Of a DNA stretch of 64,000 bases, positions 41,700 to 55,509 are shown in pieces (position 1 is the stretch's first letter; each line of letters opens with the position of its first letter). The notes beneath the pieces were generated by a model that worked only from the letters and a program-made list of their open reading frames with translations, searched no databases and was not told where the DNA came from. Location: positions 261,020,001 through 261,084,000 of the forward strand of contig OZ024743.1 of NCBI GenBank assembly GCA_964016885.1, given 5' to 3'. Position numbers and translations under genes: made by a program. Source of the stretch: Eledone cirrhosa (lineage: Eukaryota).

Positions 41700-44450
41700 T
41701 CAAAACTTCAGAGCTGCCACCAACAATGTAGGTATGACGAAAGGAAGGGGAAATTGTAGAGATGCTAGAATGAAAGAAAGTTGACTATGTTGTAAACAAG
41801 AGACTAGATAGAAAGGAACGTCAACTAGATTCCTTATGGGCATAAAACGATGCTACAAATTTTTCTGGGTGGGCAATGAAAACAGGCTGGGTGAAGTAGG
41901 TATTATGTTAGCTGAAAAATGGGTAGATAATGTAATTGCTAAATAGAACAATTGTAACGATTGTATCTGCATATACAACTCAATCTGGACTGTCAGACAA
42001 ACTATATGCCATGTTTTACAAATCCCTAAGGTACACTACTTTCCTAACAAATGACAGTGACTTCTTAATCACTACAGGTGACTTTAATGGGCATATTGGA
42101 CAACACTGCGATGGCTTCTACAGGGCCCATGTAGGTTACGGGGTTTGGCATGAGAAATGAAAGTTTCAGGCTCCTAGAATTCTGTAATGCCAAAGATCTA
42201 TCTATCTATCTGCAACACAAATTTCAAAACACCTGACAACCACTTATAACCTATAGATCAGATGATCATGCTGGTCAGATAGATTTTATCCTCACCAGAA
42301 AACGAGATAGAGTGACAGTGGCAAACAAAAAATCCTTCCCTGGTGAGGGATGCATCTCACAACATAACCTCGTAGTTACCAACTTCATAGTTAGAGCTAG
42401 ACAAACTCAGAGACAGAGAGCAACCTGGAGAAAGATATGGAAGTTGAAGGAGCCCTCAGCCAGTAAAGAATTTAGAAGTATTTTTGCTTGATGCATTCGA
42501 TGGTAAAGAAAAACAAATAGAGACATACAGTATATATAGAGGAGTATTGGGTGTTTCTAAAAGAAAATTTGCTGAAGGTGACAAGAGCTGTGGCTGGAGC
42601 AGGGCTTGGTGGTGGGACAGCAGGATGGATGGGACAATTAAGACCAAGAGAAAGGCATGGAAAAGATGGTAGAATGGGGGAAGCAGAGTACACTGTAAGA
42701 AAGCTAGGAGAGAAGCTAGGTAATAAGTATACTTTGCAAGAAGGGAAGCAGAAAATAAAAACAATTTAAGCATGTTTTGCAATGTGAGGACCAAAGAAAT
42801 GATATGTTCATGATTGAGGGGCAGTGTGTCAGGGAAAATTGTTGGGGAGTAGTATGTCCAAGATGATAATAGCATACTTTCCCTCATTGATGCTGAAAAA
42901 AGAGTAGCATGGAAGTGCCACTATGAAAGACTACTGAATAAGGAGAATACATGGAAGAAAGATAGTATGTTCCAAATGAACCCAACAGAGAGATCACCTG
43001 TACAAATCAGCAGCAGCATAGTAAGGCAATTAAGGATATGAAAATGGGAAAAGCAGCTGGACCTTTGGGGATAGTTGCCAACATGCAGAAAGCATCTGGG
43101 ATCAGGGGTCACACCTTCACCACTGGTATTGTAAACCAAGTCATACAAAATGGTGTCATACCCAACTGCTTCAAGGGCAAAGAAGATGCACCAGATAGAG
43201 AAAACTATAGAGGCAACAAGTTGATGGACCAAGTCATGAAGGTCGCAGAAAGAGTTATAGCACAGCTGATTAGGAACTGAGTTAATCTTGACGAGATGCA
43301 GTTTGGATTTGTGCCAGGTAAAAATACCACAGAAGCTCCCTTCCTTGTGAAGCCACTGCAGGAGAAGTCGCTAGCTAAAAGTAAGCCTGTCTACTTGGCA
43401 TTTGTTGACCTGGAGAAAGCTTTAGACAGAATCCCCCATTCTATAATGTACTTAGGAAACTAGGAGTAGATGAGTGGCTTGTGAGGGCCATACAAGCCAT
43501 GTATAGAGGAGCAGTCAGCAAGGTTAGAATTAGTAATGACTATAGTGAAGAATTTAGCGTGCAAGTAAGAGTCCATCAAAGCTCAGCTCTTAACTCTCTC
43601 CTGTTTATTATCATCCTGCAGGCTATAACAGAAAAGTTTAAGACTTGCTGCTCTTGGGAACCCCTATATGGAGATGATCTAACCCTCATAGCTGAATCTA
43701 TGGCAGAATTAGAAAAAAAATTCCAAACCAGGAAGCATGACCTAAAAACAAAAGGCAGGCCAGCATAGAATGTAGGTGTTTGTATGTGATTGATGCACAG
43801 GATCAGTAAGTAGCAAGTACTCACAGGAAACAAACTTCTTTAAATGCTCAGAGGGCTCCATAGAAGTAGTTGATAGTTTCTGTTACCTGGGCAACCAAAT
43901 TAGCAGTGAAGGTGGGTGTATCAAAGGTATAGTAGCCAGAGTGAGAACAGGATAGAAAATGTTCAGGGAGCTACTAACATTGCTAACTACTAAAGTTATT
44001 TTCCTCAAAATGAAAGGCAGATTATATGAAGCTTTGTACAAACAGCAATGCTACATGGAAGTGAGACCTGGGCACTATGTGCAGAGGACTAACAAAGAGT
44101 GGAATGAAATGAAGCTTGCATGCTCTGACGGATGTTCAATAATGTGCATGAACAACAAAGCAACAATGAACAGAGAGAAACTATGCATAAGACGGCCCAG
44201 ATACAGTGAGGAGGAGAGGAGATTGCAGTGGTTATGGATATGTGATGCATATGGAGAATGACAGCTATATAAAAAGATGCAGGACGCTCAAAGTTGACAG
44301 AAACTATGGAAGAAGACCTAGGAAAATTTGGAATGAAGTGATAATGGCTAACCTTGCCCAATTAAAATTCACAAAGGAGATGACACAGGATCAAGATCTC
44401 TGGCATTATGCTGTACTGCAGAAGATCCACCCTCCCATATGCATAGGATG
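41700..44450 (+). mobile_element. Heavily decayed RTE-clade LINE (APE + RT), intronic
   Basis: Remnants: QETR, YKFFWVG, IVSAY..Q.G, GDFNGHIG, MKMGKAAGP, QFGFVPG, AFVDLEKA, VHQSSAL, LYGDDL. Confidence 0.85.
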
Positions 44451-45102
44451 AAACCAACATGTAGAAAATACTAGTACACCAATCTTCTGCTCTTTACCCA
44501 TCCCCAATCTTAATACCTTCCATCACCACCATCACCAGCTAAATAACCCACACACCTCACCCATGTCAAACCTACACACCTGCTCTTCCCCTAATCTTCA
44601 CTCCTAGTTCCTGATACACCCCTCCTGGCAAACCATGTAAAAACATCCACCACATATGGTGATCTGATGCTACAACAACAAAGAACCCAGTCCATCCTGT
44701 AAGATGGTCATGTTGGTGACAATGAAAAAGCACCCAGTCCACCCTGTTAGATAGCCATTTTGGTGCCATAAAAAAGAAACCCAGTTCACATTGTAACATG
44801 GTTGGTGCTAAGAAGGGTATCCAGTCGTAGAAGCCTAGTCAGAAACAGTTCTGTACAAGCAAGACACGGTCACCTGATCTGACTTGCCTCATATATACAT
44901 ACATACAAACATACAATATCATCATCATTTTATATATATATATATATATATATCACAATCCTCCCACTCTTCATTTATATAACTCATGCAAAAGATGTTG
45001 CCATCAGTGTCATCAGTCATTGATAAATATATTTTTTTTTTAAATAAAAAAAATCTCTGAAAAAGATATTGAAATATAAAGAATTGTGGATAATATACAA
45101 AC

Positions 45103-45230
45103 CAGCTGTAGAATTGTAAGATAGCGCTTCCACCAAAGGTATTTTTGAACTGAGGGACCAAGTGCAGACAGACCATAATAAGAATACATCAAAATGTGAA
45201 TTAAGGAATTCAGAAGGGCTCCTAAAAATG
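45103..45230 (-). CDS. ELOVL4: ELOVL4-like exon (128 bp; absent from the ORF track)
   Basis: AG/GT bounded; phase matches the previous exon; (S)[42 protein letters not shown]. Confidence 0.95.
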
Positions 45231-47275
45231 CTGAAAAATAAAGAAACAGTTAACTCCTTTGATATCAATCCAGCCAAAACTGGCTTTGGTTTTGTGAAAC
45301 AAAACCACATATTTTAAAGAGTTCCTATTTAAAACTTTAATGCCAACCAAGCCAAAATTGGCTGTGGTTCTATGAAACAAAACCACAAATTTAAAAGGGT
45401 TCTTATTTAAAACTTTAATCCCATCTCAGCCAAAACCACCTCTGGTTTCATGGAACAAAGCCCTTATTTTACAGGGTTCCTAGTTAACTTAAAATTTTAC
45501 AACATAATATTGTATAAGAACCATATGTTAAGTTACTATCTTATCTTAACATCATCATTTAACATCTACCTTCCCTGCTAGTAAAGGTAGGACTGGAATA
45601 ATTCATAATTTTAGTAAATTCCTCAAAATTCTTCATTAATTAATTGAAATAGAATGTATTTCATTAGAAATACTGTCACAAAAGAGTTGAATACAAGCAT
45701 AAAAGTGTGTAGGTAATCAAGGAAATATTTAGGTTTGCAGGCAATAATCTGGAATAAGTAGTCATACTGTTTTAGCCTTTTACTGGTTCAGTCATTAGAC
45801 TACTGTCATGCTGGAGCATAGCTTTAAAGAGATTTGGTTGATCTTATTGACTCCCAGTACTTAATATTCCACATCTGGTACTTTATCAATCTCTTTTAGT
45901 CAAACCATTAAGTTACACAACATAAGCAGAGTCACAAACAAACACATTTATTCCACCCTCAAGACATTGTTCACCTGAAGCTACAATAGAAGACACATGC
46001 CCAAAGTGTCACACAGTGGGACTGAACCTGAAGCCATGTGATTGTGAAGCAAACTACTTAACCACTCAACACATAAGAAGTTAAAATTCTAACATTTTAT
46101 AAACTTCATAATATTGCCTCTGGTTTTAACATGCCATTTCTCACAGTATCCAATATTTTCTGGTTTATTTGTTTGCCTAAGATCAGTCTTTTTGTTATGT
46201 TTGGTTTTCTGTAGTGTAGACCTGTCAAGTCTCCCCATCCGATGGGGAGATGATCTACCCACTTTGGGGTGGGTGACAGATGTCTTCCCTTATGAAAATG
46301 GGTATAGCTTTCATTATGTAAAATTTCACCATTTTCCCTCATTTCTCCCTGGGGGTCCGCACCTCATTTACATATGGTTCCATCTACTGAATGCATTTTA
46401 TCATGGCACCAACACTAGAGGGGCCATTATGTTGAAAGGTCCTCCCAATCCTTTTTTTGGCAAGTTTTCTATGGCTGGATGCCCTTCCTACCACCAACCA
46501 CTCTACAATGTGTATTGGGTGCGTTTATCATGTAGAACACCACCACTAGGGAGGTTGTCATGACCTTAACATAACCGAAGAGTCCTCCCAATCATTTGTT
46601 TGGTAAGCTTTCCATAGCTGGATGCCCTTATAACTACTACATGTATGGAGTTAATAAATGTGTTATATTTATACCTATAAATCTTCAACACAACATATAT
46701 ATATATACATATGTATGTGCTCTATTTTTCGCTCTATGTATCTACTTCTATGCACACACACACACACACTGTGTTGGACTTGCATTGGTTATGACAAGTG
46801 TTCCAGTTGTTTGACAAACAGAACAGCTTTCTCATGAAATTAACTGAGCATTCTACTGACATGAGTACCCTTAATGTAGTTCTCAGGGAGATTCGGCATG
46901 ACAGTGTAAAATATGGTTCGTCTTTCAAATTGCAGGTACAACTTATTTCTTCCAGCTGAGTTGACTGGAGCAATGTGAAATAAAATGTCTTTCTCAAGTA
47001 AACAACACACCACCAGAAACTGAACTCCTGAACTTATGATCATGAGCCAAACACACTAACCACTAAGCTGCATGTTTTCACACACACATACACACATATG
47101 TATTCAAATATACACATATAGACAAATATAACATGTGGATGTATATGTTGTTAGTTAAAAGACTCCAAGCTAATGTTTTTATGTTTTCAATAACTGTAAC
47201 ACTTACACAGGCCACAACCCTTGGTACAAATCTAACACATAGGAAACATAGTGACATGATGACAGTAATACTTAC

Positions 47276-47447
47276 ACTGGCCACCAGCAACCCACTTGGT
47301 ACCAATCCACCATATAGGAAACATAGTGACATGATGATAAACATGAAGGAATGTAATCTGTTGGTTCTTTTGACGCAAAATGAAGAAGACTGTGTCAAGC
47401 ATTTCTATAAGCTTGGAAATGTAAAACCACCATATTGCTTTGGCAAT
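47276..47447 (-). CDS. ELOVL4: ELOVL4-like exon (172 bp) with the histidine box
   Basis: [57 protein letters not shown]; KxxExxDT and HxxHH motifs. Confidence 0.96.
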
Positions 47448-47659
47448 CTGTAAAATATACATATAAAAAATTACAATATTTCTGTTAAGTATTTAATCCT
47501 TTTGATACCAAACTGTGTGAAATTACCCCTGGTTCTATGGTACAAAACTGTATTGATACTAAACTGTTTGAAATTACCCCTCAGTTTATGTGTGTGAAGA
47601 TAACTTTACATGCTAGCACGATTGCTTGCATATACATACATCTCACCTCTTAGATAGAG

Positions 47660-48325
47660 AGCATGAGCAAAAGATGACCATACACCTACCAACAAGGCTT
47701 GGCACCATCTAATAAGGCCAAGACAAGCTAAGAATGGATGAGTTACAATCTCCACGATCACATCACTCCAAACATATGGCCTCCTAGCTCTTCAAACCTG
47801 AATCCATTGGACTAATATGCAAGGGACATAACTGAGAGGGAAGTCAATCAATGTCCTCGTAACACAATAAAATCTCTTAAAGTCCACCATAATTAGCTCA
47901 ATATCCAAAATAGATAATGATCATCTGATTCAGACATGTCAATGTTTCAGACCTCGTATTGAAGCAGTCATCAATGCTAACATCACATTGATTGAGGAGC
48001 TGCATCAAGAAGAGTCAAGATTATCCATGCCAATTTTTTCTTAAATAATTGTTTCTACTTTTGGCACAAGGCCAGCAATTATCCCAGTGCATTACTGGTA
48101 CTTTTATTTTATCAACCCCATAAGGATGAAAGGCAAAGTTAACCTCGGCGGGATTTGAACTCAGACCGCAAAGGGACATAATTCTATGCTGGAAAGCATG
48201 GCGTCTGATCCTCTACAGATACTGCCAATCCACCGCCACATTTTTTCTCAAATAATGCTCTTTCATGACGTGCATCTTTTTACTAAATTTATGCAAATGT
48301 CCTCAAAGACCTGAGCAACCCTGTA
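47660..48325 (+). mobile_element. Tc1/mariner remnant (transposase C-terminus), interrupted by a SINE
   Basis: WPPSSSNLNPLD..EREVN..SLK..CQCFRPRIEAVINA; ends ..CAACCCTG-TA. Confidence 0.7.
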
Positions 48326-48581
48326 GTTATTTACTAAGAACTGACCAAGTACACAAACTTGTGTTGTTGGCTGACCTTATGTTTATTTCCACTAGCTACA
48401 ACTCTTCATTCCTCTTGAGTAGGTGTCACAATTTAAATTAAAATCTAAGCACTGACTGACCATTCACTTGTGTCAGTTGCCATTGGGATCTCCAGTGGCC
48501 TCAGTCACTGGACTGCTGCTTTCCCCCATCAAGTTGGGAGGAGATCATGACACCTTAGGAAGGAGCCTCGCAAGGCTGAAT

Positions 48582-48940
48582 GGCTGATGTAGTAGGTATT
48601 GCTGGTTGTTCGCTGTGGCAATGGTATGACCATCTTCTCAGCAGGTCACAGCTGAAATATGTCACCCAGCCAAGGATGCAGAACTTGATCCCGTAAGGTG
48701 AAGTGGTTGATGCAGCAAGTATTGCTGACTGTTCTCCATGGCAATGCTTTCATCATCTTGTCAGCGGGATGCAAAACTGAGATGTCCCACCCAGCCAAGA
48801 ATGTAAAGCTTGTTCCCATAAAGTGAAATGGCTGATACAGTGGGTAATGCTGGCTGTTCTCGAAAGCAATGCTTTCACCATCTTGTCAGCAGGACACAGC
48901 TAAGATACACCACCCTGTCAAGAGTGCAGAGCTTGCACCC
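48582..48940. repeat. Three diverged ~124-bp tandem units
   Basis: GGCTGAT..GCTGGTTGTTC..GCAATG..CATCTT.TCAGC recurs at about 48582, 48706 and 48830. Confidence 0.7.
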
Positions 48941-49208
48941 TAAAAAAAATATATTGAGAGGTACCAAAAGGAGTATCTACATGTTCATGCAACCTACTAG
49001 AAAAAGCAACCACACCAGCCTCAAATTTCACCCTAGCAACTTCGATAAGGAAAATACACATTAGATAATGTAGTCCTAGACAAGATGGTCATAGTTGGAA
49101 TGACTTTCATAATAATTCAGTAAAGTCAGTCTTGACTTTGGGTTAAACAACAACAGCAACAATTTTAGTAAACTGTTGTGAGCATTCTTTATACCTCTTG
49201 TTCAATAT

Positions 49209-49341
49209 GGAGTGGTTGGTATGGGGTGGAGTGGTTGGTATGGGGTGGAGTGGTTGGTATGGGGTGGAGTGGTTGGTATGGGGTGGAGTGGTTGGTATGG
49301 GGTGGAGTGGTTGGTATGGGGTGGAGTGGTTGGTATGGGGT
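49209..49341. repeat. 19-bp G-rich minisatellite (GGAGTGGTTGGTATGGGGT), about 7 copies
   Basis: Perfect direct repeats read from the sequence. Confidence 0.95.
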
Positions 49342-50953
49342 ACAGTGGTTGCTATGTGAGTACAGTAGTTGCTATATGGGTAGAGTGGTTGTTTTATGGA
49401 GACCGGTTGCTATGTGAGTACAGCAGTTGCTATGTAGGTAGAGTGGCTGCTATGTTTGGTTACAGGGTGGTAATCAATGAATCATTGTTCTATGTTGATG
49501 TTTCTGCTGTTGTTGACTAAAAAAAAATCTACCCTTCGTTGCTAATGAAATTATAACCACAGAGAGAAAGAGATTGATGATATACTTATATTATTTATTT
49601 AAGCGGTGGATTGGCAGTATCGGTAGTGGGGTCGGACGACATGCTTTGACGCATACAGTTACGGCCCTTGCCATTCTGAGTTCAAATCCTGCCGAGGTTA
49701 ACTTTGCCTTTCATCCTTACCGATAAAATAAAGTAGCAGTAATGTACTGGGTAATTGCTGGCCTTGTGTCAAAAGTAGAAACAATTATTTATTTAAGTTC
49801 ATAAACGAAACAAAAAAATACTACCATTGGACCTTGAAACCATAGGTAGCGCTTTTTGTTCCATATATGAAATTAAATAAATAATATATCAGCTCCCATA
49901 ACAGATTAAGCACTGTTTTCTTTATTCTTTTTTCACATCCACTGATTTTTACTACACACACATATATATATATATATATATGAATAATGTCAAAACAGTT
50001 GTTACATAATTGTATTTGTTGCATATGTATTTCAGTGATAGCAGTGTGTTTATTTTTGCATTGGTGGAATCTGTAAACTCTAATCAACACAGCCAGGAAC
50101 TGTTATCAACTACTACGTAGTGTAGTGGTTAAAGCCCTTGGTCGGAATTCCATTCTCTGTGGTTGCTGCTGGCCACTTATTTTTCTGTCTCTAAAGGTAT
50201 TTTAATAGCTATGAATTTTTGACAATATTTATATCTAACTTCTATTGTACTTTTCTTGGAGAGCATCGAAAAATAAATATTTTGATACCTCATTCGTGAA
50301 ATTTGGATGAATACTTTAGGAAATATGACAATTTGAATGGTCAGCGAATTGGTCGAAATCTTGCCTAATTAGGCCTAAATTAATAATTAGTCATATTTGT
50401 GATGTCATATCTTTGAAACTGAGGTGATAATCATCTTTAAATTACACAAATTAATAGTGTCCATGGGATAGCAGTTACCTATTGTTTTCAGGTTTTTTTA
50501 AATGAAACTTTTTCTTTTTGCAATTTTTTAAATATTTATGTAAAGCCTATTTTGTTGCAGTCGATTTGGGGATGTGAGCGAAGCTTTCCATGTTTTCAGC
50601 TAAATCCAAAAATAAAAGCCACAAGGACTTGAGTTTTCGTACATTTGTAGTAGGTATAGAACTAAATAAATCCTGAGATTTTGGAACATGATACCATTTC
50701 AATAAAATTTTAGTGGACTATTAAAAATGGCTATAGTGGTCAATGTGTTTAGTTGGAATTCAAGAGATACAGCGTTCAATCTTCTGTAGTGACTGCTTGC
50801 TACTTATTTTTCTATCTCTAAGGGGATTTTACCCAATTTTCTAATATATATCTATATATCATAATGAAAATCATTATAATACCTACACTCCACTTTAAGT
50901 ATCAAGTAATAAGCTGAACAATGGTCTTACTAATCCTAACTAGAAACTTCTCA

Positions 50954-51001
<48 letters not shown>

Positions 51002-51315
51002 AGAATAAAGATCCCATAACTCCTTGTGGATTCATAGAGGCACCGTCATACACCGTGTCTCGGGCATTTTAAAACCTGGCGGAGCCCAACACTCTCCAGG
51101 TTTGAACACTGCCGATTTTTCTATAGAGGAAGAAAAAAAAAAAAAAAAAAAAAAAAAATCGACCCCTGTACTGGACTGGTACTTTTTTTTTTTTATCAAC
51201 CTCGAAAGGATGAAAGGCAAAGTTGACCACAGCGGGATTTGAACTCAGAGCGCCCAATGAGGTGGGACGAATACCGTAAAGCATTCTACCCAATGTCTTA
51301 ACGACTACCAATTCG

Positions 51316-51388
<73 letters not shown>

Positions 51389-51944
51389 ATGGAGGCACAT
51401 GGCTTAGTGGTTAGAGCATTGGCCTTGCAATCGAAAGGTTGTGAGTTCAATTCTCAGACTGGGTAATGTGGTTTCCTTGAGCAAGACACTTTATTTCACA
51501 TTGCTCCAATTTACTCAGCTGTAGGAATGACATGATAGGGACTGGGGTCCATATCATTCCACTGCAAAGTGGTCGTGGCGGTGCCACGGCAAAAAATCAT
51601 CCAGCACTCACTGTAAATGAAGTTGGCGTTAGGAAGGGCATCCAGCTGTAGAAATCAAGCCAGAATCAGTTCTCGTCCCACCCTTGCAAGCAGGGAAAAG
51701 CGGACGTAAAATGAAATGATGATGATGATATATTATAAACAGCAAGTTGGTTGGATAACATGCATGAAGTCAATTGGTCTCACTTTGGAGATGATTGCTT
51801 CTGATAGGAAGGTGTGTCTGAGGATTCTTCTCCAACTATCCTTTCAATAACATCAACAACAATCTAACAATTATACCAAATATAAACACATTAAATTTTT
51901 CAGATGTGAACAACTTAAAAAAAAAAGGAGGAAGTCTTACTTAC

Positions 51945-52025
51945 CCTCATTTCATTTGGATCAAGGCTGTATGTAACAGATTGACAAAGGTAATTATAAC
52001 CAGCAGCGTAAGAAGCAACCAGTAA
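51945..52025 (-). CDS. ELOVL4: ELOVL4-like exon (81 bp; absent from the ORF track)
   Basis: TTCCAG acceptor, GTAAGT donor; LLVASYAAGYNYLCQSVTYSLDPNEMR; phase 0 into the 172-bp exon. Confidence 0.92.
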
Positions 52026-52047
52026 CTGGAAAAAGAAAAGTCAGTCT

Positions 52048-52197
52048 TTAACCTTTTTGATATCAAACTGTTTGAAACAACCCCTGATGCAATGGTACAT
52101 AATTGTTTATTTTTAAGTTTTTACATTTATCTAAAAACATTCCATCATAATTCTAATTAAGAACCTTTAGGTTATGTTGCAAACAAAAAGGGTTAAA
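52048..52197. mobile_element. Short TTAA-flanked MITE (related ends near 45250 and 47493)
   Basis: TTAACCTTTTTG ... CAAAAAGGGTTAA. Confidence 0.5.
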
Positions 52198-53339
52198 ATT
52201 CATTCTAGAAAGAAAAAAAAGCAAATCAGTGTATCAGAATTCACAAAAAAATAATTATAGATTGAGATTACTTTTTCTGAAATACTTGGGACTAGAAGTG
52301 TTTCAGTTTTTTTTCAGAATTTGGAATATTTGTAAAAATACATTTTTTATCAAGAATACAACCTGCTGTCTGGCCCAGGAATTGAACCTATAATTTTATT
52401 ATCTTGAGTCTAAAATCCCTTACCACTAGACCACATGCTCCTTCTGTCAAGAATTGAAAACAGTAGAGTGCCCACAATGGAAAGGCCAATGAAAACAGTT
52501 TTTTTGTTCTGATCTGACAATTCACTCCTTCCTTCTGCCAAGAGATATGACCAGCAGATAGTATTAGCAATGGAAACACTGTTTCTTTGGTCTGAACAAA
52601 TAATTGGCTCCTTTTCTTTCCTTTTTGTATAAATATTTTCTATTATATCTTTTTAATAAAACTTCCTGAACTACTGTTTCTGATGATAATGAACAGCAAG
52701 ATGGACATATTTTGTCAAGGCTAACAATATGGAGTTACATAACTATCAATCAATAAGTCAATATATTGATATTATCGTGGCTCATTTCACCCTTTGAAAC
52801 AATAATAAAATAATGGATTAATTCAGCATTGAACCTCGTCTTATTTGTTTTCATTGTTTAACCTGCATATCTGACTAATTCTTTGAATACTCAACAAAAT
52901 ATAATAAGATACCATTCTTCCACAAAAACAGATTTCACCTTATTTCAATGAAATATTTATATCCACACTACATTGAGGTCTAACAGGGTCCTACCTTCAT
53001 TAAAGAGACTATTAGTCTATAAATATTTTAAATAAACAGGTACAAGTACTCACATGGATTTATATGGTGAAATTCAGATTTCACGTAAGAATAATGTTTT
53101 CTAATTATTGTACCTATACCAAGAAAAACATGATCACTGCTTAAAGATAAAAGCAGTACAACTCAGGTTTTCGAGGTTTCCAGATAAAGTATTCTTAAGC
53201 TGTACAATGATTTCTTATAAACATTGGCATAGGACCAATAATTCATAAGAGTATTTTATAGACAATTGAATCAATCCCAATACATGACTGGTACTTATTT
53301 CTTACAAGAAGCCAATCTGTTGGAAAATGGGTATACTCA

Positions 53340-53535
53340 CTGTCAGTCTTTTAGGCCAATAACTTCACATGAGAGGCCAGATTGCTGGAGGGTGTGGTAT
53401 ACTATTTGCTGGTCTTTTAGGCCAATTACCTCACACAAAATACCAGCCTGCTGGAGATGTATACTATCTGCTGGTCTTTTAGGCTTATTACCTCACACAA
53501 GAAGCCAGCCTGCTGGAGAAGGGGTATACTATCTC
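53340..53535. repeat. Three ~64-bp tandem units
   Basis: GTCTTTTAGGC..ACCTCACAC..CCAGCCTGCTGGAG repeated three times. Confidence 0.75.
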
Positions 53536-54124
53536 CCAGTTATAATTTCTATCATTAAAACATTCATGAAAAAAGAAACACCAGTTGTTAGACATGTGTA
53601 ACCAAATAGACATAAATGAACACACACACACACACACATACAAATATTTATACTACAGGCTTCTGCACAGTTTCTGTCCACTAAATTCCACCCACATGGT
53701 ATTGGTCAAGCTGGGGCTATAGCAGAAAATATCTAGCCAAGTGTTATGCAGTGATATCAAACTTAAAAGCACATGGGTGTAAGGTAAAGTTCTTAACCAC
53801 ACAGGTATGCTTATACTTTGGAGTAAAACAGGAGCAAAGTAATACAGCTATAAATAACCCAGTTTATAAACTTACATAGATGAAAGTGTCATTATAATTC
53901 TTACTGGGTTGCTAGGACACAATCAAGAGTCATGGGCAATTAAGTTTAGTAGTGTTCTACTCAAAGTTATTCACTATAACTGTATCACAAACATAATAAG
54001 TAGGTGAACTGGCTAAATCAAGAATCAAATCTGACCGCCTACCATACAAAAGCTTGCAAGGAGCTTAACATCACCCACACTGACACACAAATGCACACAT
54101 ACAGATGTGTGTGTATACAAATAC

Positions 54125-54190
<66 letters not shown>

Positions 54191-54311
54191 GTAGTATCAT
54201 CATTGTTTAACGTCCATCTTCCACGCTTGCATGGGTTTGGACGATGTATCTATATATATCTATATATATATATATATATACATATGTATGTGTATGTATA
54301 TGTATATATAC

Positions 54312-54350
<39 letters not shown>

Positions 54351-54435
54351 TACATGTATATATACATGTATATATACATGTATATATATATATATACATG
54401 TATATATATATATATATACATGTATATATATATAT

Positions 54436-54474
<39 letters not shown>

Positions 54475-54592
54475 CATGTATATATATATATATATATATA
54501 CATATACATGTATATATATATATATATGTATATATATATACATATACATGTATATATATATATACATGTATATATATATATACATATACATG

Positions 54593-54648
<56 letters not shown>

Positions 54649-54652
54649 CATG

Positions 54653-54711
<59 letters not shown>

Positions 54712-54731
54712 ATATACATGTATATATATAT

Positions 54732-54775
<44 letters not shown>

Positions 54776-54833
54776 ATATACATATATATATATATACATG
54801 TATATATACATGTGTATATATATATATATATAT

Positions 54834-54904
<71 letters not shown>

Positions 54905-55092
54905 CATATATATATATATAGATATAGATAGGTAAATATACACGGGTGTGTATGATTGTGTATAGAAGATTATATTAATAAGAGGAATTCCAACTTTGTC
55001 TGATTTACTCGTTTTATTTACAATCCTTTAAAATATATATAATGGTATTATAATGAAATAGTATGATAGAATATTAAATTCTAAGTGTTAAT

Positions 55093-55131
55093 TGAACAAG
55101 TACTTTCATGCTTTCGCAATCTTCAGGTTCA
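55093..55131 (-). ncRNA. Minimal type-I hammerhead in the PLE 3' pLTR
   Basis: UGAAC-CUGAAGA-U UGC GAAA GCA U-GAAA-GUAC-UU-GUUCA; intact core, palindromic AGUACU. Confidence 0.88.
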
Positions 55132-55509
55132 TGATATGTGGTGACAGTCGAGTTTGCAATTTTCAACTGTAATGAGATGGGTAAATTTCCTACCTTTTAT
55201 ACATTTTATACAGAGAAAAGTGGCTCCAGAATGCAAAGCCCTGTAAACTGTATTTCGACCAATCAGTGTGTAGTTTCACTGAATTACTACAGCTGATTGG
55301 TTTAAGCGTCACGGCTGGTTGAGCATGCTAACGACCAATAGTCATATCCAACGTATCAATTGTTTTGCTTTTTTGAAATGATGAAAATAGCATTTTCTAT
55401 TAATCATCACCATCAACATCACTTTTATTATTATTATTATTGTTGTTGTTGTTGTTGTTGTTAGTGGTCGTGGTCATAGTGGTAGTAGAAGTAATACCCC
55501 TAGGCGTTA

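Noticed and set aside
48730-48895. CUGACAA..GAAA hammerhead-like strings in the 124-bp repeats (minus strand)
   Set aside because: G8 is missing and there is no pairable helix II or helix I.
51392-51470. tRNA gene (also 30150-30215 and 33403-33465)
   Set aside because: A and B boxes run into SINE core sequence with no complete cloverleaf; these are SINE heads.
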